A stretch of 32,000 bases of DNA from Candidatus Nanoclepta minutus (lineage in GTDB: Archaea > Nanobdellota > Nanobdellia > Nanobdellales > Nanobdellaceae): NCBI GenBank assembly GCA_003568775.1, contig MWMI01000004.1, positions 1-32,000 on the forward strand, given 5' to 3'. Made by a program: the position numbers and the translations under genes. The notes under the pieces are model-generated. The model did no database searches. It had not been told where the DNA came from and saw only the letters and a list, made by a program, of their open reading frames with translations. Positions 1 through 8,992 of this stretch are shown in pieces. Position 1 is the first letter of the stretch, and each line of letters starts with the position of its first letter.

Positions 1-509
1 GAGATATATCAATAGAACGATCTTGATAAACAAAATAAATAGAAATTTTATATATAAATGAGTCTCTAAAAGTATCAAAGGAATTCTATGAAGTAAATAA
101 CGTTTTATAAAAATTTTAAAATGGCATTACCTTATATAAGGCTACAAATATTCCAATTACTAACCAAGGAATGTTAAATCTTAAAATAGCTCAATATATA
201 TTGAATTTATGGTAAATATATTTAGTAATATAAGGCGTTCGGATAATCTCGGTTATCTGACAGAATCTTATGAAATATTTAATTTTCAAAATGAGATAAT
301 TATATTATAGAATTTATATAGCTATAAAAATTTATAGCTTAGATCTAAAACAAGTTTCTAGCTTGTTCAACCTTCCATAATATTTCATAATTTATACATC
401 CAATGAACACCTATTATTTATCATTATTATTAACGAGTTTGTTAATCAACGCGAGCTATCTTAAATAGATTACTAAAAATCAATAAACTTGAACCCCCAA
501 ATAAAATTC

Positions 510-908
510 ATGATAATAGTATACAAGAGAGGTAACTATGAGATAACAAGAATAGAAAATGTAACAGCTATACTTTTAGGAGATCTAGAAAACTTAAAAG
601 AACTACATGAAAAGGAAATAAAAGCTGTTAATGAAATAAGAAGAGACCTATCCGGTAAAAATGAAATATTGGGAGACCTAACATTCGATATTTTGAGAGG
701 ATTAGTAAAAACTTATACACAAGATCGCTTATTTCTAAATGAAGGATATAAATACGTTCTATCCGTTGAAACATCCTCTGGGGGAAGTTATTCATTCTAC
801 TTAAAGAGAATTAGAGATATGGATGATTTAATAGAAAAAATAAAGAATAGAGAACCTATAAACTATATATTAATAGACGCTGAGGAAGGAATTATTGAAA
901 TGGAATGA
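510..908 (+). CDS. hypothetical protein, no family recognised
   Basis: The track ORF 489..908 starts at TTG; the first ATG is at 510 (MIIVYKRG...). A 4-nt ATGA stop/start overlap with the next ORF suggests a co-translated pair. No catalytic or binding motif recognised. Confidence 0.45.
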   Translation: MIIVYKRGNYEITRIENVTAILLGDLENLKELHEKEIKAVNEIRRDLSGKNEILGDLTFDILRGLVKTYTQDRLFLNEGYKYVLSVETSSGGSYSFYLKRIRDMDDLIEKIKNREPINYILIDAEEGIIEME

Positions 909-1126
909 CTTATGCTATAATAAAGTGTCCACACTGTAAAAAATTGTTTATAAAAGAAATCAGATCTAAAAAGACATTAGAGAGATCTATAACCTGCAAG
1001 ATTTGCGGGAAAAACTTTAAGATAATATCCAAAAAATATGGAAATACTATAATAAAGACCTTTGAAGATATAAGGGTAGCCCAAGTCTACTTAAGGAAAT
1101 TAACCGAAGAATACTACAGGAAATAG
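905..1126 (+). CDS. small Zn-ribbon protein (CPHC...CKIC), function unknown
   Basis: 73 aa with two CxxC pairs (C8PHC11, C31KIC34) and a basic C-terminal helix. Overlaps the upstream ORF by ATGA. Confidence 0.5.
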   Translation: MTYAIIKCPHCKKLFIKEIRSKKTLERSITCKICGKNFKIISKKYGNTIIKTFEDIRVAQVYLRKLTEEYYRK

Positions 1127-1162
1127 CTAATACCTATAAAGCTCAGGTATATACTTATAATA

Positions 1163-2929
1163 ATGATGGACAAGAACAGGAATTTTTCTGAATGGTACAA
1201 TGAGATAATAAGATCTGCAGATATAATAGATGATAGGTATCCAATAAAAGGTATGCCTGTATACAAACCTTATGGATTTAAACTGGTTAGAAACATAATT
1301 AGAAACCTTGAGAAAGAGTTAGAAAAATTTAATATAGAACCTGCATGGTTTCCTGCCCTAATACATTATAATATATTCAAAAAAGAATCTGAACATATAA
1401 AAGGATTTGAAAGTGAGGTCTTTTGGGTTGGTGGAAAAGATGAAGCCTCTGAATACGTTCTAAGACCAACTTCCGAGACTGAAATGTATTATATGTATCC
1501 CCTTTGGATAAAATCCTATTCCGATTTACCTATCAAGCTCTATATGACAAATACCGTATATAGGTATGAAACCAAAGCTACAAAACCATTGATAAGGGGA
1601 AGAGAAGTACTATGGAATGAAGCTCACACAGGACATTCTACTAAAGAAGATGCAGAAAGAATGATAAATGATTCAATAAAAATATATACAAAAATATTTT
1701 GGGAGATATGTTCTGTACCTTTTGTATGGACTGTAAGACCGAGTTGGGATAAATTTGCAGGAGCAGATTATACGAAAGCTGCGGATACCATCTTACCGGA
1801 TGGAAGGTTCTTACAAATAGGTACAACACACTTATTGGGCCAAAACTTTTCAAAGGCCTTTGGGATTTATTTTAATGATAAGCATCCTTTCCTAAGTAAA
1901 GATAGAAAAAACGAGATAGAGATAAAGATGAAAAATGTCCCAGAAGAAGTGAGGAATAAAATAGATGATTATGATCTGATAGCCTTTTCTAAGGACTATA
2001 AAAAGGTTGTTATAATAAAGATATTAGGAAATAGAGCAAAAATAAAAATAATAACTAAAGAAGGTATTGAAGAAAAAGAAATAAACGTTGAATACAATGA
2101 AAATAAAATTTCTGATAAAATATCTACAGGTTATAGAGAATATGAGCTTAACTATATTTATGGAAGACTCGAAGAAAATGAGAGGTTAATTGAAAGTCTA
2201 AAATCCCTTATAAATCTTGAAGAATTCGATAACAGGAAGATGATATGGCAAATCTCCTTTGGTCTCGCGATGAGATCCCTAGCAGCAGTTATATCTATAC
2301 ATGGCGATAATAAGGGGCTTGTACTACCTTTCCCTATAGCCCCAATTCAGATAGTAATAATACCGATCTATTATTCTTCCGAAAAAGAAGAAAAGGAAAG
2401 AATATTAGAATATTGTGAAAAGGTGAGGAACTATCTGGATGAATATAGAGTATACTTAGATAAAGATGATTCAAAAACACCAGGCTGGAAGTTTAACTAT
2501 TATGAATTTAAGGGAGTACCAATAAGGATTGAAATTGGAAAAAAAGAAGTAGAAGAAAACTCTGTTACAGTAAGCGTTAGAAGGAGGAATGAAAGGAGTA
2601 AAAAATACTATGTAAAAATTGAGGAATTAAAGGAAAAAATAAGAGATATAGTTGAAGAATATGATAAATACTTAAAGGAAGAAGCCATTAAATACTTTAA
2701 GGAGAAAATAGTTAAAACAAACAATATTTCTGAATTAACTAAAATAATAGAGGAAAATAAAGTTGGAAAAATACCATTTTGTATGTCTGAAGAATGTGCA
2801 AAGGAATTAAAGGAAAGATATTCTCTGGATATTAAAGGATACGATATAAACCCTGAAAAAACAAATGAAAGATGTATCGTATGCGGTAAAGAAGGGAAGT
2901 ATTGGGTATATGTTGGAAGGAGTTATTAA
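1163..2929 (+). CDS. proS: prolyl-tRNA synthetase, archaeal/eukaryal type, with a large internal insertion
   Basis: FSEWYNEII...YPIKG N-terminus, RPTSET, YRYETK..PLIRGRE (class II motif 2 region) and HGDNKGLVLPFPIAPIQIVIIP (start of the anticodon-binding domain). C-terminal Zn domain CMSEEC...CIVCG ends in a terminal Tyr (..GRSY). At 588 aa it is ~110 aa longer than the ~455-480 aa homologs I recall. Confidence 0.9.
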   Translation: MMDKNRNFSEWYNEIIRSADIIDDRYPIKGMPVYKPYGFKLVRNIIRNLEKELEKFNIEPAWFPALIHYNIFKKESEHIKGFESEVFWVGGKDEASEYVLRPTSETEMYYMYPLWIKSYSDLPIKLYMTNTVYRYETKATKPLIRGREVLWNEAHTGHSTKEDAERMINDSIKIYTKIFWEICSVPFVWTVRPSWDKFAGADYTKAADTILPDGRFLQIGTTHLLGQNFSKAFGIYFNDKHPFLSKDRKNEIEIKMKNVPEEVRNKIDDYDLIAFSKDYKKVVIIKILGNRAKIKIITKEGIEEKEINVEYNENKISDKISTGYREYELNYIYGRLEENERLIESLKSLINLEEFDNRKMIWQISFGLAMRSLAAVISIHGDNKGLVLPFPIAPIQIVIIPIYYSSEKEEKERILEYCEKVRNYLDEYRVYLDKDDSKTPGWKFNYYEFKGVPIRIEIGKKEVEENSVTVSVRRRNERSKKYYVKIEELKEKIRDIVEEYDKYLKEEAIKYFKEKIVKTNNISELTKIIEENKVGKIPFCMSEECAKELKERYSLDIKGYDINPEKTNERCIVCGKEGKYWVYVGRSY

Positions 2930-4159
2930 CTACTCTGTCCTTAATGCAACTACAGGATCTAGCCTAGCAGCATTTATCGCTGGAGCTAATCCAGATAGCA
3001 TTCCAACAACGGTTGCTAGAACTATAGCAAAGATTATATGCAATGGATTTATGCTAAGATGACTGATAGAAATAAGAGATGCCCTTGTACCAGACCCAGC
3101 TGCTTGTAAAGAAATAGAGGTAGGATTAAAGATCCCTATAGCCCATGCCAAAATAATACCAAAGATACTACCGATTATACCACCGATTAATCCTATTAAA
3201 CCAGATTCAAATAAAAATATTAATGCAATCTCATAGTTCTTTGCCCCTAAAACCTTCAATATACCTATTTCCTTTACCCTCTCGATGACAGCCATATACA
3301 TTGTGTTCATTGTTCCTACAGCCGATACTAAAAGCGATATACTGGCTATTGCTATTAAAATAAAGGAGATTATATCCAATATCTGCATAGTAGATTGTAA
3401 GATTTGTCCCATATCAATTATTGTATAGGAATTCCCTCCTCTAGTTTGATTTAAGAATCTACTAATTTCTGCTTTTGCCAAACTAACATCACCAGCAATA
3501 ACATATATAAACCTAATATCCTTTCTTCCAAATAAATTCTGCATTGTAGATAAGGGAACATAGACTTCAAAATTTTCTATTCCCAAACCCCCAGTTGAAT
3601 TAAGTATACCGATAACTTTACATTTCGTATTATTTATTAAAATGATATCTCCAACGGCTATTTCTGTAGAAAAGGTCTTTTTAGCGATATAATATCCTAA
3701 AATAACATTACACTTATTATTATCAATAGGAAGAAATCCTCTTCCCTCATATAGAGAATAACCCAAATTCTCTAATTTAACATCTGTCGGAATACCTGCA
3801 ACTGATGTTAGCATAACCTTTTCCCTATACATAACAGGTAAGTTTATTCTTATCATTGGTATAACTTCTTCAACTCCTCCTAACCTCTTCAATCCCTCTA
3901 TTTCAAAATTAGTAAAGGCATTACCTGAAGAAGTTAAAGAACCTATCAAAGTACTTGCTCTACCAGAAGTAATAATCAATTTGTTTACACCCATCCTAGA
4001 AATAATACTTTCTACAGAACTTTTGGCACCCTCAGTTACAGATAGTAAAGCAACCAAAGCAGCAATACCAATTACGATTCCTATAATAGTTAACCAAGAC
4101 CTTAAACTCCTCCTAGAGAGGTTCCTTATAGAAATATAAAAAAGGTCTAATAAAATCAT
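2930..4159 (-). CDS. ABC transporter permease, MacB/FtsX family
   Basis: N-terminal TM helix, ~230-aa extracytoplasmic domain, then a C-terminal FtsX-like TM bundle (KEIGILKVLGAKNYEIALIFLFESGLIGLIGG...). Lies with an ABC ATPase gene in a divergent arrangement. Confidence 0.8.
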   Translation of the reverse strand: MILLDLFYISIRNLSRRSLRSWLTIIGIVIGIAALVALLSVTEGAKSSVESIISRMGVNKLIITSGRASTLIGSLTSSGNAFTNFEIEGLKRLGGVEEVIPMIRINLPVMYREKVMLTSVAGIPTDVKLENLGYSLYEGRGFLPIDNNKCNVILGYYIAKKTFSTEIAVGDIILINNTKCKVIGILNSTGGLGIENFEVYVPLSTMQNLFGRKDIRFIYVIAGDVSLAKAEISRFLNQTRGGNSYTIIDMGQILQSTMQILDIISFILIAIASISLLVSAVGTMNTMYMAVIERVKEIGILKVLGAKNYEIALIFLFESGLIGLIGGIIGSIFGIILAWAIGIFNPTSISLQAAGSGTRASLISISHLSINPLHIIFAIVLATVVGMLSGLAPAINAARLDPVVALRTE

Positions 4160-5595
4160 CCTTTCCTCCTTTTATAGTAAACTATCATAACCACTAGTAT
4201 AATGGCTAATAAGGCAATATACATAATATTCATACGGCTATTACTTTTGTAAACACTTTGCTGAGTATTTATTTCACTAAATCCTAAATTCTTTATAAAA
4301 GATTTCATATAAAAGTTTCCCAAAATATCTTTGTAGAATATTTCTATCCTAACCAGAGAATTGTTATATCTAGCTAGTATCTTAAAGCTATCTGTAAGAT
4401 AGTTATTTGCCTCTATATCTCCTAAGAAACTATCTTCTCTATCTAAGATACATCCTTCGCAGTTTAATTTTATGTAAACTCCTCTTGCATCTATGTTTCC
4501 AAAGTTATAGACCGATACATACAGTGTACTTCCAGATATCCATGCAGAAGCAGATATGTTTGGCTCTTCATTTACTTTTAAATTGATGAAGAAGATATCG
4601 TTATATCTGTTACCATACTCATCATTATAGGAAATATTTACCGGTACATTATATGATCCTGCTAAGCTTACGTCTGAATACACTTGTAATATTAGTTTTT
4701 TCGTTTCTCTGGGTAATATCTTATCGATATAAATCTCCTGTTTATTGAAACTCAATCCAGGAAGGTTATTTACCTTTACTAATACATTATAGAAGGTTAA
4801 AGATCCTTCATTACTAAGGTAAATTAAAATATTTTTGTATTCTCCAGGCTTTATGGTTATATCATCAAAACTTAGCGTTAATCTACCACCTAATGAATAT
4901 ATTGGGAAACTTATTAACTTTGGCAAGGTATAAAAGTTTCCTATTGAATCTTTATAAGAAAGAATTATTGGAATGCTACAACTTCCCGAAGCATATGTAG
5001 GTATTTTTATACTAAAGCTAACATTTGTTTCATTACTTAAATCTCCTATATAGAGTTCTTTAGGTGATATATCACACACAGAATAGTTAGTATATATGAC
5101 TAAATCCTTTACGATACTGCCAAAGTTAGTTATGTATAAATCTAATTTTGCTTCTTTTCCTATATAGTTATTTGAAACATTGTAATTTAGAACTATGCTC
5201 GGTGCTTTATAAACTGTGAATAAAAAGTAATCGGATCCTGTTTGAATGCTTCCATTAACAAAATACCTCTCATCAATGGATATCCAATACCTTCCTACAG
5301 AACAATTTTCTATGTTTAAGTTAACTAGGAAACATGCACTTTTATCTATACTATCAAAGTAAAATTCATTTTTATCTAGTTTTATACAGGAATCCGATGT
5401 ATTAAGAGTTAGATATACCGAATATAGCTTTATTGGATAAAGCTCATTGTTTAAGCACAAAAGAACTGTTGAGTTACTGTTTGACTCTGGAAAATTAGGA
5501 GTTATGCTAGATAGGTTATAGTTTAGCATTAATGCAAATATAGATTTAAATTGAACTAATAAAACAGCTAAGAATAATAATATTTTTTTGTTCAT
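4156..5595 (-). CDS. secreted, membrane-anchored multi-domain surface protein (COG1361/CARDB-like beta-sandwich repeats)
   Basis: N-terminal signal-like hydrophobic segment and a C-terminal TM anchor followed by KRRKG. Three internal copies of [SF]Y[KN]D..GN[FR]Y (SYKDSIGNFY, SYNDEYGNRY, FYKDILGNFY). Many N-x-S/T sequons. ATGA overlaps on both sides. Confidence 0.6.
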   Translation of the reverse strand: MNKKILLFLAVLLVQFKSIFALMLNYNLSSITPNFPESNSNSTVLLCLNNELYPIKLYSVYLTLNTSDSCIKLDKNEFYFDSIDKSACFLVNLNIENCSVGRYWISIDERYFVNGSIQTGSDYFLFTVYKAPSIVLNYNVSNNYIGKEAKLDLYITNFGSIVKDLVIYTNYSVCDISPKELYIGDLSNETNVSFSIKIPTYASGSCSIPIILSYKDSIGNFYTLPKLISFPIYSLGGRLTLSFDDITIKPGEYKNILIYLSNEGSLTFYNVLVKVNNLPGLSFNKQEIYIDKILPRETKKLILQVYSDVSLAGSYNVPVNISYNDEYGNRYNDIFFINLKVNEEPNISASAWISGSTLYVSVYNFGNIDARGVYIKLNCEGCILDREDSFLGDIEANNYLTDSFKILARYNNSLVRIEIFYKDILGNFYMKSFIKNLGFSEINTQQSVYKSNSRMNIMYIALLAIILVVMIVYYKRRKG

Positions 5596-5867
5596 TGTAT
5601 GCTATATCTTTCTAATATTAATTCAAAAGCCTTTTCTATTTTTTCTTCTTCTACATTGGCTCCAACCTCATTCAAAGCTTTAGAAAATATCTCTAAGAAT
5701 GGTCTGTATTCTTTCTTATCGAAAACCATTCTTTTAATTAAGATGAGGTCTTCTGCTAATGGTATAAACAATACGTAATCCCCTTCCTCAATATTAAACT
5801 TCTCCCTTATTTCAGCTGGCACTACTATCTGACCTTTACTTGAGATTCTTACTAACTTAAATTTCAT
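5592..5867 (-). CDS. AbrB/SpoVT-domain DNA-binding protein
   Basis: The N-terminus SSKGQIVVPAEIREKFNIEEGDYV matches the SpoVT-AbrB swapped-hairpin signature. 91 aa; first gene of the minus-strand trio. Confidence 0.7.
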   Translation of the reverse strand: MKFKLVRISSKGQIVVPAEIREKFNIEEGDYVLFIPLAEDLILIKRMVFDKKEYRPFLEIFSKALNEVGANVEEEKIEKAFELILERYSIQ

Positions 5868-5869
5868 AA

Positions 5870-5885
5870 AGTAAGAAAGTAAGAA
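5870..5885. repeat. tandem direct repeat AGTAAGAA x2 in the divergent promoter region
   Basis: Read directly: AGTAAGAAAGTAAGAA, 3 nt from the AbrB start codon and next to the TATA element. Confidence 0.5.
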
Positions 5886-5888
5886 GAT

Positions 5889-5896
5889 TTTATAAA
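5889..5896. promoter_or_regulatory. palindromic TATA-like box TTTATAAA shared by divergent genes
   Basis: TTTATAAA is its own reverse complement. It sits 25 nt before the ABC ATPase ATG (5922) and 21 nt before the AbrB ATG (5867), spacing that fits leaderless or short-leader archaeal transcripts in both directions. Confidence 0.35.
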
Positions 5897-5921
5897 CCTA
5901 TTATGAATTAATTCTCTAATA

Positions 5922-6635
5922 ATGGATGCTATCGTACTAAAGAATGTTTGGAAAGTTTATAAAATAGGTGGAACAGAAACTTATGCCCTAAAAGATGTGA
6001 ACCTAAGAATAAAAGAAGGAGAAATGGTTGGAATCCTCGGACCTTCTGGTTCTGGAAAATCGACACTAGTTCATATAATCGGATGCATGGACAGACCAAC
6101 CAAAGGGGAAGTATACTTGTTTGGGAAAAACATATTAAACCTTAAAGATAAAGAACTTGCTGAACTAAGAAAGAAATATATAGGCTTCGTCTTTCAGATG
6201 TTTTATCTATTCCCAAATATGACTGCCTTAGAAAATGTAGAGATCCCGATGATACTGGCGGGTATTCCAAAAAGCATTAGAACAGAAAAAGCCATGAAGC
6301 TATTAGAAGAAGTTAAATTATTGGAAAAAGCTAAAAACTTACCATCACAGTTATCTGGTGGAGAGCAACAAAGGATAGCAATTGCAAGAGCACTAGCAAA
6401 CGATCCAAAAATAATATTAGCAGATGAACCAACTGGAAACTTAGATGTAAAGTCTTCTAGCATAGTTATAGAGCTGTTTAAGAAACTTAATAGAGAGTAT
6501 GGAAAAACAATAGTAATAGTTACTCATGATATAAAAATAGCTGAAAACGTTGATAGGATAATCGTAATAAAAAAAGGGTCTATTGTAGCTAATGAGGTTT
6601 CCATTGATGAAGCATTGGAAATTCTCAAAAAGTAA
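5922..6635 (+). CDS. ABC transporter ATP-binding protein (MacB/LolD-like)
   Basis: Walker A GPSGSGKST, Q-loop, signature LSGGEQQRIAIARAL, Walker B ILADEPTGNLD, H-loop VTHD. Confidence 0.92.
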   Translation: MDAIVLKNVWKVYKIGGTETYALKDVNLRIKEGEMVGILGPSGSGKSTLVHIIGCMDRPTKGEVYLFGKNILNLKDKELAELRKKYIGFVFQMFYLFPNMTALENVEIPMILAGIPKSIRTEKAMKLLEEVKLLEKAKNLPSQLSGGEQQRIAIARALANDPKIILADEPTGNLDVKSSSIVIELFKKLNREYGKTIVIVTHDIKIAENVDRIIVIKKGSIVANEVSIDEALEILKK

Positions 6636-6674
6636 ACAAATTACAAATTTAAATCTTTAAAAAAATAGTTGTAT

Positions 6675-7487
6675 ATGGTATATAAGGTAAGAACTTATAT
6701 TCCTGGATTTGATGAGATACTGTATGGAGGTATTCCGGATAGGAGCATAGTACTGTTGTCTGGAGGACCCGGAACTGGAAAATCTATACTAGGAAAACAG
6801 TTTATATATAATGGTTTACTAAAGAATGAGAACGGAATATTCGTTGCATTAGAAGAGCATCCTGTTGCAGTTAGAAGAAGTTTCAAAAACTTTGGATGGG
6901 ATATATCAAAGTTTGAAGAGGAAGGAAAGTTTGCGATAATAGATGCATTTACAGGTGGAGCTGGTACTGCTGCAGAAAGAGAAAAATATATTGTAAAACA
7001 AATAGACGATACCTTCGAATTGGCAGATGTTTTAAAACAAGCAATAAGAGAAACTAATGCTAAAAGAGTTGTAATAGATTCTGTATCAACCCTTTACTTA
7101 ACAAAACCTTCTATAGCAAGGGCTACAGTTATGTTATTAAAGAGAGTGATCTCAGGATTAGGATGTACTGCAATATTTGTATCACAGGTCTCTGTAGGAG
7201 AAAGAGGATTCGGTGGACCCGGAGTTGAACATGCAGTAGATGGAATAGTAAGGTTGGATCTAGATGAATTCGAAGGAAGGCTATATAGATCTATCATTAT
7301 TTGGAAGATGAGGGATACAAGGCATAGTATGGTAAGACATCCTATGGAGATTAACGAAAGAGGTATTTCAGTTCAATGGGACAAATACATTAAAATATCT
7401 GGAAACTATGTAAAAATCGACAAATTACCAGATGAAGAAATTGAAAAGATGAAAAAGGCTGTTGAAGAAGCTGAAAAACTTAAATAA
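6675..7487 (+). CDS. KaiC/RecA-superfamily single-domain ATPase
   Basis: [11 protein letters not shown]...[11 protein letters not shown] (Walker A) and VVIDSVS (Walker B), with KaiC/RadA-like architecture. The track start at 6669 is TTG; the ATG at 6675 is preferred. Confidence 0.8.
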   Translation: MVYKVRTYIPGFDEILYGGIPDRSIVLLSGGPGTGKSILGKQFIYNGLLKNENGIFVALEEHPVAVRRSFKNFGWDISKFEEEGKFAIIDAFTGGAGTAAEREKYIVKQIDDTFELADVLKQAIRETNAKRVVIDSVSTLYLTKPSIARATVMLLKRVISGLGCTAIFVSQVSVGERGFGGPGVEHAVDGIVRLDLDEFEGRLYRSIIIWKMRDTRHSMVRHPMEINERGISVQWDKYIKISGNYVKIDKLPDEEIEKMKKAVEEAEKLK

Positions 7488-7507
7488 GAATAAAACATTA
7501 ATATAAA

Positions 7508-7933
7508 ATGGAAGTCCCATTAAAACCCATGGGAAAGGAAGATATAAGAAAGTTAGAATCTGCCTTATTAGTAATGGCTTTATTTGATAAAGAAACCTTT
7601 GAGGCTATTAGAAATCCTGCAGAAAGGTTAACATGGGTTGATTCCCTATATACTGCTGCAGCAGCTCTAGCAAGAGAAAAAGCTGGTATGCCTCTATCAA
7701 AGATATCCGAAGAAATTGGAGTATCTGAAGCTTCTATAAGGAAACACTTAAAAGGAGAGACAAAGGCTGGAAAGTTAGTATTACAAATGTATGAAAAGTT
7801 ATCAAAAGAAGGTTTTAAAGTAGAACTCCCGGAAGCTGTTAAAGAAAGTATAGAAGGATTTAAGAAAGAAATAAAACAAAAGATTGAGGAAATAGAAAGA
7901 AAAATTGAAGAGATAAAGAAGATAATAGAATAA
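7508..7933 (+). CDS. HTH-containing protein with a coiled-coil tail, linked to the KaiC-like ATPase
   Basis: Helix-turn-helix-like segment PLSKISEEIGVSEASIRKHLKG and a K/E-rich C-terminus. Starts 20 nt after the ATPase gene. Confidence 0.5.
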   Translation: MEVPLKPMGKEDIRKLESALLVMALFDKETFEAIRNPAERLTWVDSLYTAAAALAREKAGMPLSKISEEIGVSEASIRKHLKGETKAGKLVLQMYEKLSKEGFKVELPEAVKESIEGFKKEIKQKIEEIERKIEEIKKIIE

Positions 7934-7934
7934 T

Positions 7935-8459
7935 TTATATAAAATATATAGAGTCTCCTCTAGAACTTCCTATAGATTGGCTAAAAATCATTTCCAAAAA
8001 TTTCCTAATATCTAATACTATAAAAAGGTCTTCTTGAATACAGAAGTAAGGTAAAATATCAAGACTCTCTACGTTGCTTCCTACTATAGAAAAAATAGAG
8101 AAGTTAACATTCTTTATTCCAATGGAGAAGGCTATCCTCTCTCCTTCATAGTTTAGAATTAAATATAGATCTTCCAAAGGTTCATATTGAATAAAAACAA
8201 ATTCTCTATTGTTATTCTTAAAAACCATTATATTATATCCGCTAATAGAAATTTCTTTTATAGGATAATAATCAAATAACTTTAGATAACTTACTATCAT
8301 TCCCTTAAAATCCTTTAGACTTCCCATAAAAATATATTTACCATAGTTGTTTATGATTAAATTTTCTCTAACTTCCGGTAATTCAATATAGTCATTAGAA
8401 AAATTCTGTTCTCCAGAAGATTTTATTCTTAAAATTTCATCTAGATTTCTAATCTTCAT
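7935..8459 (-). CDS. hypothetical protein (beta-rich, no family recognised)
   Basis: 174-aa ORF beginning 6 nt downstream of the previous minus-strand ORF. No motif recognised. Confidence 0.4.
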   Translation of the reverse strand: MKIRNLDEILRIKSSGEQNFSNDYIELPEVRENLIINNYGKYIFMGSLKDFKGMIVSYLKLFDYYPIKEISISGYNIMVFKNNNREFVFIQYEPLEDLYLILNYEGERIAFSIGIKNVNFSIFSIVGSNVESLDILPYFCIQEDLFIVLDIRKFLEMIFSQSIGSSRGDSIYFI

Positions 8460-8465
8460 TTAAGT

Positions 8466-8957
8466 TTAGATATAAATTTTTTCTTGATTGGACCTATATC
8501 TTCTGAACTCGTCAACCAATAATGCAGCTATTCTGCCTTCTTCGGTTATAGAAATTCCCTTAAATTTACCTAAAATTCCCCTTTCTATCCTACAGAGGTT
8601 ATAAGATGCCAATATTCTAATAGTAGACCTGATTGAATACTTCATAGGAACTATATCTAAAAATCCTTTATTTTTAATTAAATTCTCAAGTTCAGAAATG
8701 GATATAAAAGATTTCTCGTCTAAATACTTTATAATATAGTATCCATAGCTTCCCATTTTTATAACTGGATATAATAGCTTCCTTTCGTATTCTTCTTTTA
8801 TTTCATAATATTTCCTCCTTAAAGGATCATCTTCAGGTAAATTTTCAATAATTCTTCCATATTCGATGAATTTAATAGCATCTAAAAGACTAAATTTATT
8901 CTCCTTTAAATTGATTAATATGTTCTCTAACCTATTTTTTATAATTTCCTCCGCCAT
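8466..8957 (-). CDS. hypothetical protein with a probable C-terminal winged-helix domain
   Basis: The C-terminal half (SISELENLI...SIRSTIRILASYNLCRIERGILGKFKGISITEEG) has a wHTH-like helix/recognition-helix/wing pattern. The N-terminal half is helical. Confidence 0.4.
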   Translation of the reverse strand: MAEEIIKNRLENILINLKENKFSLLDAIKFIEYGRIIENLPEDDPLRRKYYEIKEEYERKLLYPVIKMGSYGYYIIKYLDEKSFISISELENLIKNKGFLDIVPMKYSIRSTIRILASYNLCRIERGILGKFKGISITEEGRIAALLVDEFRRYRSNQEKIYI

Positions 8958-8992
8958 AGTAGTTATTAGTATAAAAATTTTAAAAGTAATAT

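Noticed and set aside
209-310. 33-codon ORF (MVNIFSNIRRSDNLGYLTESYEIFNFQNEIIIL) in the long non-coding region
   Set aside because: No recognisable features and no coupling to neighbours. ORFs of this length are expected by chance even in AT-rich sequence.
1883-2236. ProRS insertion considered as an intein
   Set aside because: No Cys/Ser/Thr at the N-terminal junction, no His-Asn plus Cys/Ser/Thr at the C-terminal junction, and no homing-endonuclease motifs. About 115 aa is also shorter than mini-inteins.
2865-3062. 65-aa plus-strand ORF spanning the ProRS end and the permease end
   Set aside because: It overlaps two well-supported genes in alternative frames and has no motif support.
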